DNA from: Betaproteobacteria bacterium
GTDB taxonomy: Bacteria; Pseudomonadota; Gammaproteobacteria; Burkholderiales; CAIKXV01
DNA length: 64,000 nt
NCBI GenBank assembly: GCA_021298815.1
Contig: JAJTHE010000036.1
Span: forward strand, 37,383 to 101,382
Reading direction: 5' to 3'
The translations under genes and the position numbers were made by a program. The notes under the pieces are model-generated. The model was given only the letters and a program-made list of their open reading frames with translations, searched no databases and was not told where the DNA came from. This document shows positions 40,401 to 50,798 of the stretch, one piece after another; position 1 is the stretch's first letter, and each line of letters opens with the position of its first letter.

Positions 40401-41420
40401 TCAGCCAGTGAAGTCGTTCCTGAGCACCGCGCGGTAGCGCACCTTGCCCTCGCGCAGGCGGTCCAGCGCCTCGTTCACCCGTGACATCGGGAACATCTCC
40501 ACCACAGGCTCGATCGCATGGCGGGCGCAGAAGTCGAGCATCCGCGCGATCGCGGTCGGAGACCCCGTGGGCGAGCCGGAGACTTCCTTCTGGCCCATGA
40601 TCAGCGGGAATGCCTGTATCGGGATGGGCTCCAGCACCGCGCCGACCACATGCAGGCGACCCTTCGGACCGAGTGCGGCAATCAGGGCGTCCCAGTCGAG
40701 CGACGCATTCGCGGTGACGATGATCAGGTCGAGCTGGCCGGCGATGCCGGCGATCTCGCCGGTGTCACGGCTCGATACCACGCGGTGCGCGCCGAGGCCG
40801 AGTGCCTCGGCCGCCTTGTCCGGGCTGGAGGTGAAGGCGGTCACCTCGCAGCCCCATGCGCGTGCGAAGCGCAGCGCCATGTGCCCCAGTCCACCGATGC
40901 CCACGACACCGACGCGGCTGGTCGGCAACACCCGGTACTCGAGCAGCGGGTTGAACACGGTGATGCCGCCGCACAGCAGCGGCCCGGCCATCTCGGGACG
41001 CACGCCCTCGGGCAGCGGGATGGCCCAGGCCCAGTGGCTGCGCACGCGGTCGGCGAAGCCGCCATGGTGGCCGACGATGGTGGGTACCGCAGTGGCGCAG
41101 AGGTTGTGGTCGCCGCCCAGGCAGCAGGCGCAGTGCATGCAGCTGCCGGCGGTCCAGCCGACGCCGACCGGTTGGCCGATGCGCAGGCCCTTGGCCTGGC
41201 TGCCCAGCGCGACCACCCGGCCGACGACCTCATGGCCGGGCACCAGCGGCCAGGCCGACATGCCCCAGGCATTCTCGATCATGGACAGGTCGGAGTGGCA
41301 CAGCCCGCAGTACTCCACGGCGATCTCGACGTCCTCGGCGCCGAGCCGCCCGGGGTCGTAGTCGTGGCGCTGCAGCGGTGTTCCGGCGGACAGGCTCGCC
41401 CAGGCTCTGATGGTGCTCAT
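40401..41420 (-). CDS. Zn-dependent NADPH aldehyde reductase / cinnamyl alcohol dehydrogenase family (Ahr-like)
   Basis: CGLCHSD, GHE, CxxCxxCx7C, LLCGGITV, GIGGLGH. Confidence 0.93.
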   Translation of the reverse strand: MSTIRAWASLSAGTPLQRHDYDPGRLGAEDVEIAVEYCGLCHSDLSMIENAWGMSAWPLVPGHEVVGRVVALGSQAKGLRIGQPVGVGWTAGSCMHCACCLGGDHNLCATAVPTIVGHHGGFADRVRSHWAWAIPLPEGVRPEMAGPLLCGGITVFNPLLEYRVLPTSRVGVVGIGGLGHMALRFARAWGCEVTAFTSSPDKAAEALGLGAHRVVSSRDTGEIAGIAGQLDLIIVTANASLDWDALIAALGPKGRLHVVGAVLEPIPIQAFPLIMGQKEVSGSPTGSPTAIARMLDFCARHAIEPVVEMFPMSRVNEALDRLREGKVRYRAVLRNDFTG

Positions 41421-41498
41421 GGCATGCTCCGGTTCATTGAGCCCCCATCATGCCTGCATCGATGCGTCGACGGACGCCGCCACCGCCGTCGAGGAAGG

Positions 41499-41574
<76 letters not shown>

Positions 41575-41621
41575 ATTGTTTCACGCATCCGCGGACCCGG
41601 GTTTCCGGAGCGCGGCGGCGG

Positions 41622-41627
41622 ATTATA
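41622..41627 (-). promoter_or_regulatory. Putative sigma70 -10 box for tRNA-Phe
   Basis: TATAAT on the minus strand followed by a GC-rich discriminator CCGCCGCC, about 48 nt upstream of the tRNA; no clear -35. Confidence 0.55.
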
Positions 41628-41633
41628 GCCAAA

Positions 41634-42608
41634 TCAGTCGGCTTTGGCGCCCGAGGCCTTCACGACGCGCGCCCACTTGGCCAGTTCGGCGCGGATGAAG
41701 GCGCCGAACTCGGTCGGTGTCGAGCCGACGATGGATGCGCCGAGATCGCCGAACCGCTGCCGGGTGTCGGGGTGCTGCAGGGCCTTCATGGATTCCTGGT
41801 ACCACCGGTCGACCAGCGGCGCCTGCAGGCCGCCGGGTGCCGCCAGCCCGAACCAGGAGGTGACGTCGTAGCCGGCGACACCGGCTTCGATCATCGTCGG
41901 CACGTCCGGCAGTTGCGGGTTGCGTGCCGTGGTGGTGACTGCCAGCGCGCGCACCTTGCCGGCCTTCACGAACGGCAGCACGAACGGCAGGTTGTCGAAC
42001 ACCATCTGCGTATGGCCGCCGATCAGGTCCTGCATCGCCGGCGCACTGCCCTTGTACGGGACATGCAGCACCTCGATGCTGGCCAGGGATCTCAACAGCT
42101 CGGCCGACAGGTGCATCGACGTGCCGGCACCGGCCGACGCGAACGCGATCGCGCCCGGGCGCTTGCGTGCGAGCGCGATCAGTTCGCTCACCGATTTCGC
42201 CGGCAGCGACGGGTGCACGGCCAGCACGTTCGGGATGGCCGTGAGCTGGGTTATCGGCGTGAAATCGCGGATCGCGTCGAAGGGCAGCTTCGGATAGAGC
42301 GCAGGCCCGATCCCCTGGATGGCGATCGACGTGAGCATCAGTGTGTAGCCATCGGCCGGCGCGCGTGCGACGGCTTCGGCACCGACATTGCCGCCGGCAC
42401 CGGGACGGTTCTCCACCAGCACCGGCTGCCCGAGCTGGTCGGTGAATCGTTGTGCCATCACCCGACCGGTGATGTCGGTCGACCCGCCGGGCACGAAGCC
42501 GACGACGATGCGAACCGGCTTTGCCGGGAAGCCGCCGGCCTGCGCATGTGCGCCGGTGGCGGCCAGGGTCGCCGGCAGTACGGCCAGCAGCGCGAGCACG
42601 GGCATCAT
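41634..42608 (-). CDS. Bug/TctC substrate-binding protein
   Basis: FPAKPVRIVVGFVPGGSTD, ENRPGAGG, HVPYKGS. Confidence 0.93.
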   Translation of the reverse strand: MMPVLALLAVLPATLAATGAHAQAGGFPAKPVRIVVGFVPGGSTDITGRVMAQRFTDQLGQPVLVENRPGAGGNVGAEAVARAPADGYTLMLTSIAIQGIGPALYPKLPFDAIRDFTPITQLTAIPNVLAVHPSLPAKSVSELIALARKRPGAIAFASAGAGTSMHLSAELLRSLASIEVLHVPYKGSAPAMQDLIGGHTQMVFDNLPFVLPFVKAGKVRALAVTTTARNPQLPDVPTMIEAGVAGYDVTSWFGLAAPGGLQAPLVDRWYQESMKALQHPDTRQRFGDLGASIVGSTPTEFGAFIRAELAKWARVVKASGAKAD

Positions 42609-44155
42609 GATGCTACCGCTCCTTCCAGTTCCGCCATCGCCATCGCCGTCACCACCTTGCGGTCGATCTTGTTGGTCCCGGCCAGCGGGAACGCCTCGAC
42701 GATCCACACCCGGCGCGGATGCATGTAGGCCGGCGCATGCTGCAGGCAGTGCCGCTTCAGTTCGTCCTCGGTCGCCGACTGCCCGGCCTTCAGGATCACG
42801 AAGGCGACCGGCTTCATGCCCTTGATCTCGTCCTCTACCGGGATGCAGCAGGCCTGCTCGACCGCCGGATGCCGCTCGAGCAGCTTCTCGACCTGTCCCG
42901 GGTAGATGTTCTCGCCGCCGGACACGAACATGTCGTCGGCGCGGCCGACGAAATAGTGGAAGCCGTCGGCGTCGCGCCGGAAGATGTCGCCGGTGATGTA
43001 GAAGCCGTCCTCGGTGATCGCCTTGCGCGTCGCCTCGGGCAGCCCGTGGTAGCCGTTGAGCATCGCCGGGCTCTTCATCTGCAGCACGCCCTCGGTCGCA
43101 TCCCTGTCGTCGCCGTCCACCAGCCGCAGCTCGACCGCGGGGTGCGGGTAGCCGACCGACATCTCCGGCTGCGGCAGTCCCTTCGGATGCGGCCCGAACA
43201 CCACCATCGCCGCCTCGGTGGTGCCGTAGCCGTTGGCCACGACTGCCTGCGGGATCGCCTGGTGGATGCGCGCCATCAGGGCCTCGCTCACCGGCGCGGA
43301 GCCCATGCGGATGAACTTCACCGTCGACAGGTCGGTGCGGGCCATCGCGTCGGCTTCCTGCAGCATCATCGCCAGCATCGGCGGCACTGCCGTGAGCCAG
43401 GTGCAGCGGTACTTCTCGATCGCGGCGACGTACTCGAGCGTGTTGAACTGCGGCAGCAGCACCAGGGTCGCGCCGGCGCGCATCGACAGCTGCGCCATCG
43501 CCAGGCCGTTCATGTGGTACAGCGGTGCGGCGACCAGCAGCCGGTGCTTCGAGTAGTCCTGGCCTTCGGTGCGCCTGGCCGTCACCCACAGGTGGCTGGC
43601 ATGCGACAGCACCACGCCCTTCGGGCGCCCGGTGGAGCCCGAGGTGTAGAGGAAGATCGCCGGCTCGCGCACGCCATCGACGACGGTCGGCTCGACCGCG
43701 GTGAACGGGCCGGGATCGAGAAGCGCATCGAAGCCGTCGGCACCGGGGGCGCCGAATTCGATCACCGGCAGGCCGGCCGGCACCTGCGCGCGGCGCGCGG
43801 CATCGCAGAACACCAGCTTCGCGCCACAGTTGGCGGCGATGTAGTCGATGGTCTCCTGCGGGAACTTGTAGTTGACCGGCACGCAGACGAAGCCGGCACG
43901 CATCGCGCCGAACGCGGCGGCCATGAACTCGGCGGAGTTGGCGGCGAGGATCGCGATGCGGTCGCCGCGCGACAGCCCGAGCGAGGGCGCGCGCTTCACC
44001 AGGCCGCGCGCGACGCTGTCGAACAGCGTGTCGAGGCGGGCGTAGGTCCATTCGCGCGCCGGCGAGGTGGCGGGTTCGATCAGCGCTATGCGCCCGGCGC
44101 CAGGCGCGGTCAGCGCCGGGTCGATCAGCGCGCCGAGGTTGTACGGGTGATGCAT
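42605..44155 (-). CDS. Class I adenylate-forming enzyme (acyl-CoA synthetase)
   Basis: YTSGSTGRPKGV, YGTTE, TGD, GRADDMFVSGGENIYP, NKIDR. Confidence 0.93.
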   Translation of the reverse strand: MHHPYNLGALIDPALTAPGAGRIALIEPATSPAREWTYARLDTLFDSVARGLVKRAPSLGLSRGDRIAILAANSAEFMAAAFGAMRAGFVCVPVNYKFPQETIDYIAANCGAKLVFCDAARRAQVPAGLPVIEFGAPGADGFDALLDPGPFTAVEPTVVDGVREPAIFLYTSGSTGRPKGVVLSHASHLWVTARRTEGQDYSKHRLLVAAPLYHMNGLAMAQLSMRAGATLVLLPQFNTLEYVAAIEKYRCTWLTAVPPMLAMMLQEADAMARTDLSTVKFIRMGSAPVSEALMARIHQAIPQAVVANGYGTTEAAMVVFGPHPKGLPQPEMSVGYPHPAVELRLVDGDDRDATEGVLQMKSPAMLNGYHGLPEATRKAITEDGFYITGDIFRRDADGFHYFVGRADDMFVSGGENIYPGQVEKLLERHPAVEQACCIPVEDEIKGMKPVAFVILKAGQSATEDELKRHCLQHAPAYMHPRRVWIVEAFPLAGTNKIDRKVVTAMAMAELEGAVAS

Positions 44156-44169
44156 GGGAAGCTCCGGTG

Positions 44170-45012
44170 CTATTCGATGAATTCGATCGTGGTGTTGCAG
44201 GCGAGGCTGGCTGCGACGATCACGCGCGAGCCCTGGTCATGCACGTCCCGTGACGGCAGCGCGCGCAGCGACTGGCGCACCGCGTCGAGCCCGGTGCTGC
44301 GCAGTTCGATCGCGGCCATGTACGACGCACGTCCCTCGCCATCGCAGGCCGACGCCCCGAGCCGATGCTGCAGCAGCGCCGCCGTCACCAGGTCGAGCCG
44401 CAGGTGGCCGAGCGTGAGTTCGGCCCGGGGGGCGTCCGGCCGCATGGAGGATTCCGCGAACAACGGTGCCAGCCGCGAGGCTTCGGCATGCGGGTCGGGC
44501 ACGACGACGGTGATGCGGGTGATCTCGCGCGCACCGTTCGGATGGTTGCGCATGCCGTCGCGCCAGACCAGTTCGCGGGTCAGGTGTTCGCAGACGAACA
44601 GCCGGCCCCAGGCGGCGGTGTCCGGCGGCAGCGCCACCAGCGCGAAGCGCGCGTCCTGCACGCCGTCGTCGATCGCCACCGGGCGCGACAGGGACTTCAG
44701 CGGCTGCGGCCGGAACTTCGCCTGTTCGAGGGCGATGTGGGCGCCCGCTGCGCTGTCGGTAGCGAAGGCAATGGCATTCAGCCCGCGCGGGCTGGCCGAC
44801 AGCTCGGGCCGCAATGCCGCGTTCTCCGGCGGCACGCCGATCAGTTCCAGGTAGTCCGGCCCGAACATCATCAGGTGGTTCACCGAGCCGGAACTGTGGA
44901 AGCCGCGCGGGGTCAGCCTGAACCCCAGGCGGGCGAACTGGTCGAGCGCATCGTCGATGCGCCCGGCAGTGTTGATCACGGCATGGTCGATGCCGAGGCA
45001 GTGGGAGATCAT
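44170..45012 (-). CDS. VOC family protein (Glyoxalase_3-like)
   Basis: IDHAVI, GFRLTPRGFH..GSVNHL, YLELIG, HPNGA. Confidence 0.88.
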   Translation of the reverse strand: MISHCLGIDHAVINTAGRIDDALDQFARLGFRLTPRGFHSSGSVNHLMMFGPDYLELIGVPPENAALRPELSASPRGLNAIAFATDSAAGAHIALEQAKFRPQPLKSLSRPVAIDDGVQDARFALVALPPDTAAWGRLFVCEHLTRELVWRDGMRNHPNGAREITRITVVVPDPHAEASRLAPLFAESSMRPDAPRAELTLGHLRLDLVTAALLQHRLGASACDGEGRASYMAAIELRSTGLDAVRQSLRALPSRDVHDQGSRVIVAASLACNTTIEFIE

Positions 45013-45101
45013 GCTGGATGGCCCGCTTGGCTCGATTCAGGAAGCCGCGAGTGTAGCGAGAAGCCGGGTCCGGCACGCGGGCCGGGCGTCAGTACCCGGC
45101 G

Positions 45102-45392
45102 TCAGTGTCCGTCCGGTCCGCCGCGCGGCGGTTCCTGCGGCGGCACGTGGCTGAACCAGCCGACCGCGAAGCCGAGCGCGGCCATCACCGGGGTGGCGAC
45201 CAGCAGCAGCAGGTTGCGCATGCGCAGGTGGGCGAGTTCGCGCCCGTCGGGCAGCGCGACCAGCCAGCCCTTGCTCGACAGGTAGAGCTCCGCCACCATG
45301 TAGGCGATCAGCACCACCAGCGCGGTGGCGATCGCGAACAGCAGGGCCAGCAGCCCCGCGTAGATCTTCCGGCTGCGCGTGGCGGCGCTCAG
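45102..45392 (-). CDS. Small two-TM membrane protein, hypothetical
   Basis: Two hydrophobic stretches (IYAGLLALLFAIATALVVLIAYMV; LLLLVATPVMAALGFAVGWF); start uncertain (CTG overlapping the upstream stop). Confidence 0.6.
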   Translation of the reverse strand: MSAATRSRKIYAGLLALLFAIATALVVLIAYMVAELYLSSKGWLVALPDGRELAHLRMRNLLLLVATPVMAALGFAVGWFSHVPPQEPPRGGPDGH

Positions 45393-47488
45393 CGCAGCAC
45401 CATCACGCAGTCGACGGCGACCGCGGCATCCGTGGACAGCAGCACCGGGTTGAGGTCGAGTTCCTCCAGCCTGCCACCGGCGGCCGCGCCGAAGCGCGAT
45501 ACCGCGCACAGCAGTTCGACCAGCGCGGCGCGGTCGACCGGCGGCTTGCCGCGCGCGCCGGCGAGGATCGCCCGGCCGCGCAGCTCATCGAGCATCGCGC
45601 CGGCCTCGAACGGCGTCACCGGGCAGCGGCGGAACGCGACATCCTTCATCACCTCGACCAGGATGCCGCCCAGGCCAGCCATCAGCACCGGGCCGAACGA
45701 CGGGTCGTTCTTAAGGCCGATCACGAACTCGACATGGCCGCCGGCCATCTTCTGCACCACCAGGCCGTCGATGCGCGCCTTCGGGTCGTACGCCTTCGCG
45801 GCAGCCAGCACCATCGCCGCGGCGGCGCGCACCGCCTCGCCATCGGCCAGGCCCAGCTTCACGCCGTCGGCCTCGGTCTTGTGCAGGATGTCGGGCGATT
45901 CGATCTTCACCGCCACCGGCCAGCCGAGGGAGGCGGCCAGCGCGGCGGCGTGCGCGGCATCCTTGCCGAGCGCCACGGGTGCCGACGACACGCCGCAGGC
46001 GTCGAGCAGCCGGGTCGCCGCGATCGTGCCGACCACGCCCGGTGCCGGCAGCGACAGGGCCGGCAGCGTCACCGCGGCGCGCGCCGCGCGATCGGCGAGC
46101 CAGGCGCGCCTGGCCTGCGCATAGCCGATCAGCCCGGCGACCGCATCGACCGCCGGCTCGGCACCGCGCAGCACCGGCAGCCCGGCCTCGCGGCAGAGCT
46201 TCAGCGCTTCTTCGGAAGCGGCCACCCAGCACAGCACGAACGGCTTCGAAGTCTCGGCCTTCACCGTGCGGAACAGGTCGACCAGCATCCCGGCATAGGT
46301 GTCCATCGACAGGATCCAGACGATCCCCACATGCACCGACGGATCGGCCAGGGTCAGGCGCAGGCCGTTCAGCAGGATCTCCGGCTCGGCGATGAACTGC
46401 GCGGTGACATCGACCGGGTTGGCGCCGGACCCGAACGCCGGCAGTACCTCGCGCAGCTTCGCCTGCGTCTCGTCGGACAGGGTCGGCAGCGACAGCCCGA
46501 GTTCCTCGGCGCGGTCGGCGATCAGCACGCCGGCGCCGCCCGACTGGGTGACCAGTCCGATGCCGCTGCCTTCGGGCAGGTTGCAGTGGGCGAGCACGTC
46601 GACCATGTCGAGCATGTGCTCTTCGTTGCGCGCACGGATGATGCCGAACTGCCGGGCGAGCCCGTCGAACACCCGGTCTTCGCCGGCGAGCGAGCCGGTG
46701 TGCGAGGCGGCCGCGCGCGCACCGGCCTGGCTGCGGCCGACCTTGGTCACCACGATCGGCTTGCCCGCTTCCAGCGCGCGCTCGGCCAGCGCCAGCAGTC
46801 CGCTGCCGTCCTTGAAGCCTTCGATGTAGCCGCAGCCGACCCGGATGCGCGGGTCGGCGAGCACTTCGTCCATGATCTCGACCAGCGTCGCGTCGCACTC
46901 GTTGCCGGTGTTCACGAAGTAGCCGAGGCCGAGGTGGCGGCGCCGTGCCAGGGTGGCGATCGCCGAGCCGAAGGCACCGGACTGGGTGACGAAGCCGACC
47001 GGGCCTTCCAGCACCGCGCCGCTGCCGTACTGGCTGAAGGTGGCGATCACCCGGTCGAAGGAATTCACCAGGCCGAGGCAGTTCGGACCGCACAGGCGCA
47101 CGTTGCCTTCGCGCGCGACCGCGACCAGTTCGTCCTCCAGTGCATGGCCGGCATCGCCCATCTCGCCGAAGCCCGAGCTGTAGATGATCGCCGCCGGCAC
47201 GCCCTTCTTCCCGAGCGCACGCACCTGGTCGATCACGAAGCGCGCCGGCACGGTGACGATCGCCATGTCGACCGGGTCGGGGATGTCGCCGACGGTGGGG
47301 TAGCAGCGCAGTTCGCCGCCGGGGTGGCTGATCCGTTCGTACTTCGGGTTCACCGGGTAGATCTTCCCGGCATAGCCCTTGTCGACCAGGAACTTCAGCG
47401 TGCGGCCGTTCAGCTTCTGCAGGTCGTTGGAGGCGCCGAGGATGGCGATCGAACGGGGGGCGATCAGTGCACGGATGGCTGGGTTCAT
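45389..47488 (-). CDS. Acetate-CoA ligase (ADP-forming) family protein, fused alpha/beta
   Basis: PRSIAILGAS, YPVNP, GPNCLG, TQSG, ASHTGSLAG (phospho-His), ATP-grasp HKTEADGV, ELDLNP. Confidence 0.93.
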   Translation of the reverse strand: MNPAIRALIAPRSIAILGASNDLQKLNGRTLKFLVDKGYAGKIYPVNPKYERISHPGGELRCYPTVGDIPDPVDMAIVTVPARFVIDQVRALGKKGVPAAIIYSSGFGEMGDAGHALEDELVAVAREGNVRLCGPNCLGLVNSFDRVIATFSQYGSGAVLEGPVGFVTQSGAFGSAIATLARRRHLGLGYFVNTGNECDATLVEIMDEVLADPRIRVGCGYIEGFKDGSGLLALAERALEAGKPIVVTKVGRSQAGARAAASHTGSLAGEDRVFDGLARQFGIIRARNEEHMLDMVDVLAHCNLPEGSGIGLVTQSGGAGVLIADRAEELGLSLPTLSDETQAKLREVLPAFGSGANPVDVTAQFIAEPEILLNGLRLTLADPSVHVGIVWILSMDTYAGMLVDLFRTVKAETSKPFVLCWVAASEEALKLCREAGLPVLRGAEPAVDAVAGLIGYAQARRAWLADRAARAAVTLPALSLPAPGVVGTIAATRLLDACGVSSAPVALGKDAAHAAALAASLGWPVAVKIESPDILHKTEADGVKLGLADGEAVRAAAAMVLAAAKAYDPKARIDGLVVQKMAGGHVEFVIGLKNDPSFGPVLMAGLGGILVEVMKDVAFRRCPVTPFEAGAMLDELRGRAILAGARGKPPVDRAALVELLCAVSRFGAAAGGRLEELDLNPVLLSTDAAVAVDCVMVLR

Positions 47489-47677
47489 GGCGCGCATTCT
47501 AACCGGCACGGTTCCCGCCGCGCGACCGTGCGCGCGCGCTGCCGCCGGGCGACGCAGCGCGCGCTGTGCACTGCCGCATGGTCGAATTCGGCGAGAATCG
47601 CGGCATTGTCGACGCACTCCGGGTCTACCCCGGACGCAACCGAGCCCCATCCCGGAAAACCCTCGCCGCGAGTACCC

Positions 47678-49120
47678 ATGACTGCCGAATCGCCCGTTGC
47701 CCTCGCTCCGAACGCGCCGTCGACGCTGTTCGAGAAGATCTGGAACGCCCATGTGATCGAACAGGGCAGCGCCGACGACGCGCTGCTGCATGTCGACCAG
47801 AACTTCCTGCACGAGGGCGCCTTCCTCGCGTTCGCCGCGCTGCGCAAGGAGGGCCGCACGGTGCGCCGTCCGAAGCAGCACTTCGCGGTCGCCGACCACT
47901 ACGTGCCGACGCTGGGCCGCGAGGCCGGCATCGCCGGGGTGACCGACCCGGAAGTGCGCGGGCTGATCGACCTGCTCGAGCAGAACGCCGCCTGGGGCGG
48001 CATCGACTACGCGGGCATCGACGACCCGCGCCAGGGCATCGTGCACGTGATCGGACCGGAGCTGGGCCTGACCCACCCCGGCATGGTGATCACCTGCGGC
48101 GATTCGCATACGTCGACCCATGGCGCGTTCGGCGCGTTCGCGTTCGGCATGGGTGCCTCGCAGGTGAAGCAGGTGCTGGCGACCCAGTGCCTGTGGCAGC
48201 GCAAGCCGAAGCTGCTGCGCATCACGATCGACGGCACGCTGGCGCCAGGCCTGTCCGGCAAGGACGTTATCCTGGCGGTGATCGCGCAGATCGGCGCGGC
48301 CGGCGCCACCGGGCATGTGATCGAGTACGCCGGCAGCACGATACGTTCGATGTCGATGGAGAACCGGCTGACCGTGTGCAACATGTCGATCGAGGCGGGC
48401 GGGCGCGCGGGGATGATCCGCGCCGACGACACCACCTTCGACTACCTGCACGGCCGTCCGTTCGCGCCGAAGCAGCAGCACTGGGACGCGGCGGTGGCCT
48501 ACTGGCGCACGCTGAAGACCGACGAGGGTGCGGCCTTCGACCGCGAAGTGCGCGTCGATGCCGGCGCGCTGGTGCCGATGGTGACCTGGGGCACCAGCCC
48601 GGGGCAGGGGCTGCCGATCACCGGCCGCGTGCCCGACCTGGCGACGCTGTCCGGCGATGCGCGGCGCGCGGTCGAGTCCGCGCTGTCCTACATGGGGCTG
48701 AAGCCGGGGCAGGCGATGGACGGGCTGCCGGTCGACCGCGTGTTCATCGGCTCGTGCACCAACAGCCGGCTGGACGACATCCGCGCCGCGGCCGCGGTGG
48801 TGCGCGGGCGCAAGGCGAAGATCCCGGCCTTCGTGTCGCCCGGTTCGACGCAGATCAAGCGCGAGGCGGAAGCCGAGGGGCTCGACCGGGTGTTCATCGA
48901 GGCGGGCATCGAATGGCGCGCGTCGGGCTGCTCGATGTGCGTCGGCACCAACGGCGACCTGCTGCAGCCGGGCGAGCGGTCGGCGTCGACATCGAACCGC
49001 AACTTCGAGGGGCGCCAGGGCCGTGGTGCACGCACCCACCTGGTGAGTCCCGCGATGGCCGCCGCCGCCGCGGTCACCGGCACCCTGACCGACGTGCGCC
49101 GGCTGCTGGCCGCGGGCTGA
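47678..49120 (+). CDS. leuC: 3-isopropylmalate dehydratase large subunit family (aconitase family)
   Basis: TLFEKIWNAH, DHYVPT, CGDSHTSTHGAFG, IGSCTN, GCSMC, TSNRNFEGRQG. Confidence 0.9.
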   Translation: MTAESPVALAPNAPSTLFEKIWNAHVIEQGSADDALLHVDQNFLHEGAFLAFAALRKEGRTVRRPKQHFAVADHYVPTLGREAGIAGVTDPEVRGLIDLLEQNAAWGGIDYAGIDDPRQGIVHVIGPELGLTHPGMVITCGDSHTSTHGAFGAFAFGMGASQVKQVLATQCLWQRKPKLLRITIDGTLAPGLSGKDVILAVIAQIGAAGATGHVIEYAGSTIRSMSMENRLTVCNMSIEAGGRAGMIRADDTTFDYLHGRPFAPKQQHWDAAVAYWRTLKTDEGAAFDREVRVDAGALVPMVTWGTSPGQGLPITGRVPDLATLSGDARRAVESALSYMGLKPGQAMDGLPVDRVFIGSCTNSRLDDIRAAAAVVRGRKAKIPAFVSPGSTQIKREAEAEGLDRVFIEAGIEWRASGCSMCVGTNGDLLQPGERSASTSNRNFEGRQGRGARTHLVSPAMAAAAAVTGTLTDVRRLLAAG

Positions 49121-49131
49121 GGAGAGACACG

Positions 49132-49743
49132 ATGCAACCGTTCACCACCTTCACCGCGGTCGCCGCGCCGCTGGACATCACCAACGTCAACACCGACATG
49201 CTGATCCCGGCGCGCTTCCTGCGCAAGCCGCGCGACGAGCGCTACGGGACCTACCTGTTCCACGACCTGCGCCATGACGAGGACGGCCGCCTGCGCGACA
49301 GCTTCGTGCTGAACGAGGCGGTCTACCAGGACGCGAAGATCCTGGTCGCCGGCGCCAACTTCGGTTGCGGCTCCTCGCGCGAGAGCGCGGTGTACGTGCT
49401 GCTCGACTCCGGCTTCCGCTGCGTGATCGCGCCCTCGTTCGGCGACATCTTCTTCGGCAACGCGCTGCAGAACGGCGTGCTGCCGGTGGTGCTGCCCGAG
49501 GCCGAGTGCATCGAGCTGCGCGCCTTCCTCGATGCCAACCCGGGCGCGACGATCACCGCCGACCTGCAGGCGCAGACGGTGAGCGCCGGCGATGGCAAGG
49601 TGCGCCGCTTCGCGCTCGACCCGCTGCGCCGCGAACGCATGCTGAAGGGGCTGGACGAGATCGGGCTGACGCTGACCCGGCTGCCGGCGATCGAGTCCTT
49701 CGAGCAGCGCTACGCGGCCGCGCGGCCGTGGCTCGACCGCTGA
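49132..49743 (+). CDS. leuD: 3-isopropylmalate dehydratase small subunit family
   Basis: NVNTDMLIPARFL, NFGCGSSRE, SFGDIFFGN, GLDEIGLTL. Confidence 0.9.
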   Translation: MQPFTTFTAVAAPLDITNVNTDMLIPARFLRKPRDERYGTYLFHDLRHDEDGRLRDSFVLNEAVYQDAKILVAGANFGCGSSRESAVYVLLDSGFRCVIAPSFGDIFFGNALQNGVLPVVLPEAECIELRAFLDANPGATITADLQAQTVSAGDGKVRRFALDPLRRERMLKGLDEIGLTLTRLPAIESFEQRYAAARPWLDR

Positions 49744-49751
49744 GGCGCGCG

Positions 49752-50741
49752 ATGCCGACGCTGCTCGTCTCCGCGCCGTTCGAACGCGAGTTCGGCGGCG
49801 AACTGCGCGCGTTCGCCGCGGCGCGCGGCATCGCGCTGGAGCTGGTGCTGCTCCCCGAGGACGTCGATGCCCGGGTCGGTGCCGAGGACACCGCGCGGAT
49901 CGACGCCGCGCTGTTCTCCGGCGACATCCATCCCGAATGGTCGCGTTCCTTTTATTCGACGCTGCGCAAGGCCGCCGGCCTGAAGTGGCTGCATGTGTTC
50001 AATGCCGGCGTCGATGCGCCGATCTTCACCGAGCTGATGCAGCGCGGCGTGCGCCTGTCGACGTCCTCCGGCACCAATGCCGAGGCGGTGGCCAATTCCG
50101 CACTTGCGGGGTTGCTGGCGCTGTCGCGCGGCCTGCCCGGCTGGATGCAGCTGCAGCGCGAGCGGCGCTGGCGCAAGCGCACCCGTGCAGAGGCGCCGCC
50201 GGACCTGCGCGGACAGACGATGCTGCTGCTGGGTGCGGGTGCGATCGGCGGCCACATCGCCACGGTCGCGCGGGCGATCGGGCTGCACGTGGTTGCGGTC
50301 CGGCGCAGCGCCGCCCGCGAGGGTGACCCGGCGCACGAGACGCATCCGCCGTCCGCGCTGGTTTCGCTGCTGCCGCGCGCCGACTGGCTGGTGATCGCCT
50401 GTCCGCTCACGCCGCAGACGCGTGGCCTGGTCGATGCCCGGGCACTGTCCCTGCTGCCGCCCGGTGCGCACCTGGTCAACATCGGCCGCGGCGAGGTGGT
50501 CGACCAGACGGCGATGATCGATGCGCTGGCCTCCGGCCGCCTGGCCGGCGCCTATCTCGACGTGTTCGATCCGGAGCCGCTGCCGCCCGAGTCGCCGCTG
50601 TGGGACATGCCCAACGTGATCGTGTCGCCGCATGATGCGGCGAGCGCGGCGGGCAACGACCGGCGGGTGTTCGAGCTGTTTCGCGAGAACCTCGGGCGCT
50701 GGCAGGCGGGGCAGGTGCTGGAAAACGACGTACGCGCTTGA
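49752..50741 (+). CDS. D-2-hydroxyacid dehydrogenase family
   Basis: LGAGAIG, CPLTPQTRGL, VNIGRG, LDVF.PEPL, SPH. Confidence 0.92.
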   Translation: MPTLLVSAPFEREFGGELRAFAAARGIALELVLLPEDVDARVGAEDTARIDAALFSGDIHPEWSRSFYSTLRKAAGLKWLHVFNAGVDAPIFTELMQRGVRLSTSSGTNAEAVANSALAGLLALSRGLPGWMQLQRERRWRKRTRAEAPPDLRGQTMLLLGAGAIGGHIATVARAIGLHVVAVRRSAAREGDPAHETHPPSALVSLLPRADWLVIACPLTPQTRGLVDARALSLLPPGAHLVNIGRGEVVDQTAMIDALASGRLAGAYLDVFDPEPLPPESPLWDMPNVIVSPHDAASAAGNDRRVFELFRENLGRWQAGQVLENDVRA

Positions 50742-50798
50742 CGGGCATCGCTTCGCGCGCGCAGGCTTGGTCCATCGGCTTTTCGTCCAGGAGCAGCC

